Shown: positions 25,440 to 32,530, numbered from the stretch's first letter. The stretch: 38,490 bases of DNA from Candidatus Aenigmatarchaeota archaeon (GCA_021161745.1 JAGHAA010000024.1:1-38490); one strand, 5' to 3'. Notes: generated from the letters alone by a model not told the origin. A program made the numbers and translations.

Positions 25440-27151
25440 AAATGAGGAGAATACTCCTTCTTGGGAATCCTAACGTGGGTAAAAGTGTCATTTTTTCCCG
25501 TCTTACTGGGACAGACGTGATAGTATCCAACTATCCTGGGACAACTGTTGAGTATACGAAAGGGAGCATGAAGATAAACGGGAAAGAAGTAGAGGTTATA
25601 GATGTCCCAGGAACTTATTCATTAAAACCTTCTAACAAGGCTGAAGAAGTTGCAGTGAAAATGCTCGAAGAATTGGGAAAAGATGCTGTTGTTGTTAACG
25701 TGGTCGATTCTACCAATTTGGAAAGAAATCTGTACCTTACACTAGAATTGATGAAGAAAAAATTTCCAATGGTAGTTGCCTTAAACTTATGGGATGAAAC
25801 GAACAAGAAAGGCATACACATCGATTATAAAAAACTCGAAAAGATTTTAGGAGTGCCCGTTGTTGCTACAGTAGCTATAACGGGCGAAGGAATCAAAGAT
25901 CTTGTAGAAAAACTAAAACACGCTTCTCGTGGAAAGTTAAGATTCTCTGAAGACTGGACATGGGAAAAAATAGGAGAGATTGTTTCAGAGGTTCAAAGAA
26001 TAGAGCATAGACATCCTACGTGGAAAGAGATTTTAGAAACTGCTAGCGTAAAACCGATAACAGGGATACCTATAGCTATAATCGTTTTACTTCTATCGTT
26101 TTTCTTCGTGAGGATTATAGGAGAAGGTTTGATCGACTATGTTTTTGACCCTCTGTTTGAAGCGTATAAACCATTCGTTATAAGGCTTGATGGAATGATA
26201 AAGAATGAGTTTTTGAAAAAAATCCTTATGGGTGAGGTGTTCGATGGTGAGATAAGTTTTGAAGAGTCCTTAGGACTATTGACCACAGGCCTTTATGTTC
26301 CCTTCGCGATGGTTCTGCCTTATGTCGTGGCCTTTTATTTTGTTCTTGGAATATTGGAAGATACGGGATACTTGCCCAGACTCGCTGTTCTACTCGATAA
26401 TGTGTTTCATAAACTAGGACTTCATGGGTCTGCCATAGTTCCCACGTTGTTGGGGTTTGGTTGCAACGTTCCTGGAGCGTTGTCTACCAGGATACTAGAA
26501 ACTAGGAGGCAGAGGTTTATAGCACTTACACTCCTCTCTATTGCGATTCCATGTATAGCACAGAGTTCAATAATATTCGTGCTAGTTGGGAGGTATGGTG
26601 TGTGGGCGATAGCTAAGGTTTATTCGATACTCAGCATAGTCTGGTTGAGTGTTGGGTACTTGCTAAACAAATTGATGAAAGGAAGTAGTCCAGAACTCTT
26701 TTTAGAAATACCACCCTATAGGTTCCCATACATTCCAGGACTTCTAAAAAAATTGTGGATAAGAATTAGATGGTTTTTGGAAGATGCTATACCTTATGTG
26801 ATGTTAGGAGTACTCCTTGTCAACTTCCTTTATACTTTCAACGTGTTGTCAACCGTTTCTAGATTCTTTGAACCTCTTATATCTGGATGGTTAGGACTAC
26901 CTAAAGAAAGTGTTGTTGGTATTGTGATGGGGTTCTTGCGTAAGGACATTGCGATGAGTATGCTATTGCCAATAAACATGACAGAAAAACAGGCTATAAT
27001 AGCTAGCGTTATTCTTGCGATGTACTTTCCATGTATGGCAACGTTTGTCATAGTTTTTAAAGAATTGTGTGCAAGAGACTTGATTAAGATGGTTTTCATA
27101 ATGCTTTTGGTCTCGTTCTTAGTTGGAGGTTTTCTGAACAAAATACTGTAG
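25436..27151 (+). CDS. feoB: ferrous iron transporter FeoB
   Basis: The N-terminal G domain has GNPNVGKS, DVPGTYS and NLWD. A polytopic C-terminal permease follows. The protein is 571 aa. Confidence 0.9.
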   Translation: MKMRRILLLGNPNVGKSVIFSRLTGTDVIVSNYPGTTVEYTKGSMKINGKEVEVIDVPGTYSLKPSNKAEEVAVKMLEELGKDAVVVNVVDSTNLERNLYLTLELMKKKFPMVVALNLWDETNKKGIHIDYKKLEKILGVPVVATVAITGEGIKDLVEKLKHASRGKLRFSEDWTWEKIGEIVSEVQRIEHRHPTWKEILETASVKPITGIPIAIIVLLLSFFFVRIIGEGLIDYVFDPLFEAYKPFVIRLDGMIKNEFLKKILMGEVFDGEISFEESLGLLTTGLYVPFAMVLPYVVAFYFVLGILEDTGYLPRLAVLLDNVFHKLGLHGSAIVPTLLGFGCNVPGALSTRILETRRQRFIALTLLSIAIPCIAQSSIIFVLVGRYGVWAIAKVYSILSIVWLSVGYLLNKLMKGSSPELFLEIPPYRFPYIPGLLKKLWIRIRWFLEDAIPYVMLGVLLVNFLYTFNVLSTVSRFFEPLISGWLGLPKESVVGIVMGFLRKDIAMSMLLPINMTEKQAIIASVILAMYFPCMATFVIVFKELCARDLIKMVFIMLLVSFLVGGFLNKIL

Positions 27152-27159
27152 GTGGTAGT

Positions 27160-27456
27160 ATGGTAACGAAAGAAGAGGTAATGAAGGCTTTATCGACAGT
27201 CAAAGACGTGGAAACTGGTTTTGACATAGTAGAAATGGGTTTGATAACTGGAGTAGAAATAAAAGGAGATTATGTGAAGGTTAAAATGACACTTACGACA
27301 CCACTCTGCCCTTATGCAGGTTACCTTTTTGAAGAAACAGAAAAGGCTGTTAAAAAGCTTAAAGGCGTAAAAAAGGTCGAGGTTGAGTACGATTGGGAAC
27401 ATCCATGGACACCGGAGATGGCGTCAGAAAGAATAAGGAAAATGCTTGGAATTTAA
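27160..27456 (+). CDS. DUF59/MIP18-family Fe-S assembly-associated protein (SufT-like)
   Basis: 98 aa. The V.DPE-like segment (VKDVETGFDIVEMGLI) and the conserved TLTTPLCP motif are present. Confidence 0.75.
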   Translation: MVTKEEVMKALSTVKDVETGFDIVEMGLITGVEIKGDYVKVKMTLTTPLCPYAGYLFEETEKAVKKLKGVKKVEVEYDWEHPWTPEMASERIRKMLGI

Positions 27457-27779
27457 ACTCTTTTTATTTCACCCTTTGGCTGAATTATCAAAGGTCTGGA
27501 CTCAGTTAAAGCTTGTGCTATCTTTTTTCTTGCAGACTCTGCTAAGCGCCAAACAGTTGCGCGTGATGTGTTCATTTTGTTGGCAGCTTCTTCTTGTGTC
27601 AAACCTTCTAAATCAAGCAAACGTAGCACTTCGTACTCCGCATAACTGAGCTCTATCGGTTGTGGATTAAGCATAGGTTGGGGTACGAATTCTTTAACGT
27701 TTGGCAAAGAATAGAGAAATAGCCAACTTGGAGGCCTACCCCTTCCAAACTTTCTACATCCCCAACGCCAACGAGGCAT
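27453..27779 (-). CDS. DUF134 (UPF0251) family predicted DNA-binding protein
   Basis: The MPR-basic N-terminus is followed by EYEVLRLLDLEGLTQEEAANKMNTSRATVWRLAESARKKIAQAL, a sigma-70 region-4-like HTH typical of DUF134. The gene is divergent from the operon at 27867. Confidence 0.75.
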   Translation of the reverse strand: MPRWRWGCRKFGRGRPPSWLFLYSLPNVKEFVPQPMLNPQPIELSYAEYEVLRLLDLEGLTQEEAANKMNTSRATVWRLAESARKKIAQALTESRPLIIQPKGEIKRV

Positions 27780-27788
27780 ACTACCAAT

Positions 27789-27810
27789 TATGTGTTATTG
27801 CACAAAATTT
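27789..27810. promoter_or_regulatory. 22-nt operator-like repeat R1, TATGTGTTATTGCACAAAATTT
   Basis: It matches R2 at 20 of 22 positions. It contains the TGTG-N6-CACA dyad. It lies 10-31 nt upstream of the DUF134 ATG. Confidence 0.6.
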
Positions 27811-27832
27811 AAATAGTTTTGATTCTTAGATT

Positions 27833-27854
27833 TATGTGATAATGCACAAAATTT
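27833..27854. promoter_or_regulatory. 22-nt operator-like repeat R2, TATGTGATAATGCACAAAATTT
   Basis: It is a direct repeat of R1, 44 bp downstream (start to start). It abuts the GGAGGT Shine-Dalgarno site of the 27867 ORF. Confidence 0.6.
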
Positions 27855-27866
27855 GGAGGTGATATT

Positions 27867-28217
27867 ATGCCTTGGTGGGGAGGTCGGGGAGGAAGAGGAT
27901 TTAGATGGATGTTCTGGTTAACGGGTATGCCAGGATGGGCAAGATGGGGCTATGGTTATGGTTACTCTGGAGTATATCCATGGTTCTGGAGATGTAGATG
28001 GTTTCCATGGCTTCCCAGAGGTTGGTGGACAGGAATATATGGACCAGTAACCTGGACGCCACAAGGCCCTGTTTTAACGCAGCAAATTCAACAGCCTATA
28101 ACACAACCAACAGTTCAAAACGAGATAGAGTACTTAAAAGAACAAAAGAGAATGTTGGAAGAGGAACTTAAAGCGATAGAAAAAAGAATAAAAGAATTGG
28201 AGGCGATGTTAAAATGA
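27867..28217 (+). CDS. DUF5320-like protein with an extremely Trp/Arg/Gly/Tyr-rich N-terminal half and a C-terminal coiled coil
   Basis: A GGAGGTGA Shine-Dalgarno site lies 7 nt upstream. There are 13 Trp in the first 63 residues. The C-terminal EIEYLKEQKRMLEEELKAIEKRIKELEAMLK resembles the DUF5320 coiled-coil tail. The stop overlaps the next ATG (ATGA). Confidence 0.65.
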   Translation: MPWWGGRGGRGFRWMFWLTGMPGWARWGYGYGYSGVYPWFWRCRWFPWLPRGWWTGIYGPVTWTPQGPVLTQQIQQPITQPTVQNEIEYLKEQKRMLEEELKAIEKRIKELEAMLK

Positions 28218-28759
28218 AGATTCTTGTTGCTACCCAAGGACCTGGTGGATTGGATGATGTGGTCTCTGCGGTGTTTGGTAGAGCACCAAGCTTTACGATA
28301 GTTGAAGTGGAAGGTAAACAAATAAAAAACGTTGAAACGCTTACTAATCCTGCTGCAAACGCTTTTGGTGGAGCAGGCATCCAAGCTGCTCAGCTTGCAG
28401 TGGAGAAAGGAGTTAATGTAGTAATTACTGGTAACATGGGACCAAACGCTTCGATGGTACTACAGCAATCGGGGATTCAGATAGTTACTGACTTCGTTGG
28501 AATGAAAGTTAAAGATGCTATAGATGCTTTTTTGCAGAAGGGGTTTAGCTCATCACAACAGTTATCGACTACACAACCTATGCCTGTTCCAACAGTTCCA
28601 TACCAAGTGGGTGAGAAATCTAAGTTAGATTTAGAGTTTGAGAAGCGAATGCTTGAGTTGCAGAAGCAAATGATAGAAGAACAGATAAAGTACATCGAGA
28701 AGAAGATAAAAGAGTTGGAAGGTAAAAAGAATGAGAATCGTTATACCTCTCGAGAGTAA
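28214..28759 (+). CDS. NifX/NafY-like (Nitro_FeMo-Co family) domain protein with a C-terminal linker plus coiled-coil extension
   Basis: MKILVATQG...VSAVFGRAPSFTIVEVE...NPAANAFGGAGIQAAQLAVEKGVNVVITGNMGPNA is the canonical family pattern. Residues 111-181 are an added Q/P/T linker plus heptad segment. Confidence 0.8.
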   Translation: MKILVATQGPGGLDDVVSAVFGRAPSFTIVEVEGKQIKNVETLTNPAANAFGGAGIQAAQLAVEKGVNVVITGNMGPNASMVLQQSGIQIVTDFVGMKVKDAIDAFLQKGFSSSQQLSTTQPMPVPTVPYQVGEKSKLDLEFEKRMLELQKQMIEEQIKYIEKKIKELEGKKNENRYTSRE

Positions 28760-29069
28760 TGAGGGAGAGAATTCAAAAGTTTCATGGCACTTTGGTAGGG
28801 CCTCATACTTTGCAATATTCGACACAGTAAACAAAAAGTTGGAGATAATAGAAAATAGGAGTGAACATTTTGGTGGTGTAGGAAAGCCAGCAGAAATTAT
28901 AGCGAAAATTCAGCCAGATATGGTGTTTGCAAAAGGTATGGGACCTAAAGCTATACAGCTGTTGACATCGAGAGGTATTAAGGTGGTGACAGGTAACTAT
29001 TCTATTTTAAAAGAGATAATACAAAACATCGATAAACTAGTGGAATTGAATGAGAGTTGTAAAGAATAA
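28731..29069 (+). CDS. NifX/NafY-like (Nitro_FeMo-Co family) domain protein
   Basis: MRIVIPLES...VSWHFGRASYFAIFD...FAKGMGPKAIQLL..RGIKV fits the family pattern. It overlaps the preceding gene by 29 nt. Confidence 0.75.
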   Translation: MRIVIPLESNEGENSKVSWHFGRASYFAIFDTVNKKLEIIENRSEHFGGVGKPAEIIAKIQPDMVFAKGMGPKAIQLLTSRGIKVVTGNYSILKEIIQNIDKLVELNESCKE

Positions 29070-29865
29070 AGTAATAGTTCTTCCAATCCTTTGCATCTTT
29101 TTACTATCAGTTATTTTAATAATGAATAAAGGTGAGTTTGAAATGGTTAATATGGCTAAGAATCTTACGATTGTAGTGGTTTATGACAATACAGCCTACC
29201 TACCCAACTTAAAAGCGGATCATGGTTTTTCCTGTGTTGTTAGAATTGATGGCAAAAAGATCCTCTTTGATACAGGAACTGATGAAAATGTGCTGCTGAA
29301 TAACTTGGAAAAATTGGGCATTCGACCAGAATCAATCTCTACCATTATTCTTTCGCACGAGCATACCGACCATGTTGGTGGGCTCGAGGGTTTTTTAAAA
29401 AAGAATGGGAACGTTACGGTATACTTGCTGGCCTCATTTCCAACCGAATTTAAACAAATGATTAAAAGCTTTGGTGCAAACGTTGTAGAAGTTTCTGAAC
29501 CGAGGAGAATAGACGAATCCGTTTATTCTACAGGCAAATTAGGAATCTTTATACAAGAGCAGGCATTAGTTATCAACACACCGAAGGGTTTGGTTGTAAT
29601 AACTGGATGTGCACATCCTGGAATTGCCAATATAGTTAGGTTTGTTGAACAAAAGTTTGGGAAAGTTTATTTGGTTGTTGGTGGTTTTCATCTGATGTGG
29701 TCTTCTGAAGACGAAATAGGTAAAGTGTTAAGAGAGTTGAAAGAATTAGGCGTGGAAAAAGTTATGCCATGCCATTGTACAGGCAAGTTAGCATCTGAAA
29801 TGTTTAGGAAAACTTTCAAAGAAAATTTTGAAGAATGTGGTGTTGGAAGAATCTTAAAAATATAG
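29050..29865 (+). CDS. metallo-beta-lactamase-fold protein (COG1237-like)
   Basis: HGFSCVV...ILFDTG and the SHEHTDHVGG zinc motif (HxHxDH) are present, with C-terminal GGFHL...PCHCTG. The ATG 29050 form adds a hydrophobic N-terminal segment. An alternative ATG at 29143 follows a GGTGA Shine-Dalgarno site. Confidence 0.7.
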   Translation: MRVVKNKVIVLPILCIFLLSVILIMNKGEFEMVNMAKNLTIVVVYDNTAYLPNLKADHGFSCVVRIDGKKILFDTGTDENVLLNNLEKLGIRPESISTIILSHEHTDHVGGLEGFLKKNGNVTVYLLASFPTEFKQMIKSFGANVVEVSEPRRIDESVYSTGKLGIFIQEQALVINTPKGLVVITGCAHPGIANIVRFVEQKFGKVYLVVGGFHLMWSSEDEIGKVLRELKELGVEKVMPCHCTGKLASEMFRKTFKENFEECGVGRILKI

Positions 29866-29877
29866 GAGGTTGATAGG

Positions 29878-30129
29878 ATGAAAGGGTTTGGCAGTGGTTT
29901 TGGAAGAGGTGGTATAGGTAGGGGTCGAAGAGGAATGGGAAAAGGACGAGGACAGGGTAGAGGTCGAGGGATGGGACGTGGTCGAGGAAGAATGGGTGGA
30001 TTTGGCTTAGGACCTGGTGGTGAGTGTGTTTGTCCAAACTGTGGTTACAGAGTCCCTCATGAACCTGGAATACCTTGCTTTAACATAAAATGCCCAAAAT
30101 GTGGGACACCTATGACAAGGATGAGGTAA
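29878..30129 (+). CDS. small protein with an Arg-Gly repeat N-terminus and a Cys-rich zinc ribbon
   Basis: A GGAGGT Shine-Dalgarno site lies 8 nt upstream. The N-terminus is MKGFGSGFGRGGIGRGRRGMGKGRGQGRGRGMGRGRGRMGGFG. It is followed by ECVCPNCGYRV...PCFNIKCPKCGTPM, which carries six Cys. Confidence 0.65.
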   Translation: MKGFGSGFGRGGIGRGRRGMGKGRGQGRGRGMGRGRGRMGGFGLGPGGECVCPNCGYRVPHEPGIPCFNIKCPKCGTPMTRMR

Positions 30130-30156
30130 AAGTTTGTTTACAGAATACTATGGAGT

Positions 30157-31002
30157 GTGAATATGCGAATTTATGTGAGCTCTGGAACGAAAGGAGGTGT
30201 GGGCAAGTCAACGTTCGCGGTTTTACTTTCTTTGAAATTGTCTAAAAGTTCAAAGGTTTTGCTTTTCGATGCTGATGTTGAATGTCCTAACGACTATTTG
30301 CTTCTTAGTCAGAAGCTTAAAGAGTCTGTCGGGTTTACGTATCAAGAATTTCCAGAAATAGATGAACAGAAATGTAAAAAATGTGGTGTTTGTGCTAAAG
30401 TTTGTAGAGAGCATGCCATTTTTTGGGTTCCTGGCAAGTATCCGATAATACTCAACGATCTATGCTCTGGTTGTGGTGCATGCAAAATAGCTTGTCCATT
30501 TAATGCCATAAGGATGAACAGAAAAGTTTCTGGCGAGATTTTTGTCAACCAGATTAACCCAAACCTTTGGCTTGTAACTGGTTTATCAAAACCTGGAATA
30601 ACGGAGACAGGTCCTGTAGTTAAACAAGCAAAGGATTTTGTATTGAAGTTTGCGGAAGAAAGAGGGATAGATTATTTAATTGTCGACACAGCTCCTGGTA
30701 CACATTGTAACGTTATACAGGCCTTACTTAATGCAGAAAAGGTCTATGCTGTTACAGAACCTACACCGTTGGGTGCTCATGATTTAAGCATAATGTTGGA
30801 ACTAACGAAAAGAATTGGGATAAAAAGTGAAATAGTTTTGAACAAGTCAAATATTGGCAACAGAAAATTGATAGAAAAAGTTTCTAAAGAGTATAACGTC
30901 CCGATAAGCGTTGAGATTCCTTATAGCGAGGAACTGGTAAAAGCTTATAGTACTGGTAAGCTTGTGGAGTTTACTGATAAACTTAAATTGGTGGTTGAAT
31001 GA
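30157..31002 (+). CDS. MinD/ParA-superfamily P-loop ATPase with an inserted 2x[4Fe-4S] ferredoxin domain (COG1149-like)
   Basis: The deviant Walker A is GTKGGVGKST. The cluster motifs are CKKCGVCAKVC and CSGCGACKIACP. Walker B is LIVDTAPG. The start is GTG 30157 or ATG 30163. Confidence 0.8.
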   Translation: MNMRIYVSSGTKGGVGKSTFAVLLSLKLSKSSKVLLFDADVECPNDYLLLSQKLKESVGFTYQEFPEIDEQKCKKCGVCAKVCREHAIFWVPGKYPIILNDLCSGCGACKIACPFNAIRMNRKVSGEIFVNQINPNLWLVTGLSKPGITETGPVVKQAKDFVLKFAEERGIDYLIVDTAPGTHCNVIQALLNAEKVYAVTEPTPLGAHDLSIMLELTKRIGIKSEIVLNKSNIGNRKLIEKVSKEYNVPISVEIPYSEELVKAYSTGKLVEFTDKLKLVVE

Positions 31003-31853
31003 AAATAGTAGTTGCAAGCGGTAAAGGAGGCGTTGGTAAAAGTATGCTTGCAAGCTCTTTAGTAGTTTTACTGAGTAAGGAAAGGGAGATCGTTGCTTGT
31101 GATTGCGATGTTGACGCACCAAACCTTGGTCTGTGGTTAGGTGTAACGAATTATGATGAAGTTAAAAGAATTTCAACATCTGAAAAAGCTTTTATAATCG
31201 ATGCTGATGCTTGTAAAGGAAAGCTTAAGCCGAGTGATTGTAAGTTTGGAGCAATCGAAATAAAAGAAGGTAAACTTTGGATAAATCCGTTTCTATGTGA
31301 GGGTTGTGGAGTTTGTAAGTTGTTATGCAAAGATGGAGTAGAGTTAAAGCCTGTGGAGAATGGAGAAATAAGAATAACCAAGACGAAGTATGGGTTTACA
31401 CTCGTTTCAGCACAACTTTATCCAGGTGAGAAAGGTTCTGGTAAGGTAGTTGAAGAGTTGAGAAGGCATGCTGAAAAGTTTGGTGGTTTCATTCTGATGG
31501 ATGCTGCGGCTGGCATAGGTTGTCCAGTCATAGCGTCTTTGCGTGGTGTTGATTATGCTATCATGGTTACTGAACCAACGCTCTCTGGGCTCTCAGATTT
31601 GAAAAGGGTGATGAGCATAGCAAACCATTTTAAGGTTCCTTACAGCGTTGTTATAAACAAGTATGACATAAACGAAGGGATGAGTAAGAAGATTGAGGAA
31701 GAGTTTGGAGATAAGATTCTTGGAAAGATTAGTTATGATAAAAGCGTTATAGATGCGATAGTAAACCTTAAACCTGTTGTTGAAACCGAAAGCAAGGTCG
31801 TTGAGGAAATAAAACAGATTTTTGAAAGGTTGAAAGAAGAAATCAAAATTTAG
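30999..31853 (+). CDS. MinD/ParA-superfamily P-loop ATPase with an inserted, partly degenerate ferredoxin domain
   Basis: Walker A is SGKGGVGKS. Only one complete cluster motif remains (CEGCGVCKLLC). The first motif is reduced to C-x9-C. Walker B is ILMDAAAG. It overlaps the preceding gene with ATGA. Confidence 0.8.
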   Translation: MKIVVASGKGGVGKSMLASSLVVLLSKEREIVACDCDVDAPNLGLWLGVTNYDEVKRISTSEKAFIIDADACKGKLKPSDCKFGAIEIKEGKLWINPFLCEGCGVCKLLCKDGVELKPVENGEIRITKTKYGFTLVSAQLYPGEKGSGKVVEELRRHAEKFGGFILMDAAAGIGCPVIASLRGVDYAIMVTEPTLSGLSDLKRVMSIANHFKVPYSVVINKYDINEGMSKKIEEEFGDKILGKISYDKSVIDAIVNLKPVVETESKVVEEIKQIFERLKEEIKI

Positions 31854-31881
31854 TTTCAAGGCTTATTTGCAGAAGAAGTAA

Positions 31882-32448
31882 CTACATCATCACTATACTC
31901 AAGAAGAAGTCCTGTAAAAAGTAAGCCAACAAGATGTTGTAAACAGCATTCGTTATGTATGCGAATATGTACATGTAGTCTTGCCTTATGAATATATCCA
32001 TCGTTGCTAACAACAAACCTTTCACGATCATGCATACAGCAACTATGATAACGAAAGGGATCTGATTTGCCCAAAGTATGCTTGCTAAAGCACTTATTAT
32101 ACCATAAACGACATTATCAGGCGTCGGTAAGAAAGGAGGATATTTCATCTGCATAGGTGGAGTTAATTGCCATGAGACTATGCTCAAGAAACCTGTCAAT
32201 ACGGGCATTACTAAAAAACCAAAGATAAAACCACCAATAGGTCCTTCTATCATGCCTACGAGTATCATAGGGATAAAAATGAGGTCTATTCCTATGTACG
32301 AGTTTATCTTGATGAAGGAAGTAAAGATGACTTTGTCTATCCAGATCATCACATAGATTATTCCATAGCCTAAACCACCAAGCTTTGAAAAAATCCAAAA
32401 GCCTGCTATCAAGCTTATGAGAGCTTCTATAAGCCAGCGTGTATTCAT
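31882..32448 (-). CDS. polytopic membrane protein of unknown function (about 6 TM, ECF S-component-like size)
   Basis: 188 aa and hydrophobic throughout. Copy 2 of the GTTATACGTATAAC palindrome lies 53 nt upstream of its ATG. Confidence 0.5.
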   Translation of the reverse strand: MNTRWLIEALISLIAGFWIFSKLGGLGYGIIYVMIWIDKVIFTSFIKINSYIGIDLIFIPMILVGMIEGPIGGFIFGFLVMPVLTGFLSIVSWQLTPPMQMKYPPFLPTPDNVVYGIISALASILWANQIPFVIIVAVCMIVKGLLLATMDIFIRQDYMYIFAYITNAVYNILLAYFLQDFFLSIVMM

Positions 32449-32500
32449 GATCTATATGTGAAAATTGTGGTCGGTTTTAAAAATTTTTAAGGTTTATCAA

Positions 32501-32514
32501 GTTATACGTATAAC
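32501..32514. promoter_or_regulatory. perfect 14-bp palindrome GTTATACGTATAAC (copy 2 of 3)
   Basis: Read directly. It lies upstream of the membrane-protein gene and abuts the 5' truncation point of the MBL pseudogene. Confidence 0.75.
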
Positions 32515-32530
32515 ACATCTTCATAATTAT

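Noticed and set aside
28115-28384. Minus-strand ORFs 28115..28384 and 28168..28380, antisense to the DUF5320-like and NifX-like genes.
   Set aside because: The plus-strand genes have Shine-Dalgarno sites, coupling and family motifs. The antisense frames have none.
29816-30037. A His/Pro/Leu-rich minus-strand ORF opposite the RG-repeat gene.
   Set aside because: It is the mirror image of a GGN/CGN repeat, since the complement of Gly/Arg codons gives Pro/Leu/Thr. The plus-strand frame has the Shine-Dalgarno site and a zinc ribbon.
31856-32398. Minus-strand ORFs 31856..32074 and 32117..32398, in other frames of the membrane-protein gene.
   Set aside because: The 188-aa frame gives a coherent run of about six hydrophobic helices. 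The alternative frames are Arg/His/Trp-rich shadows.
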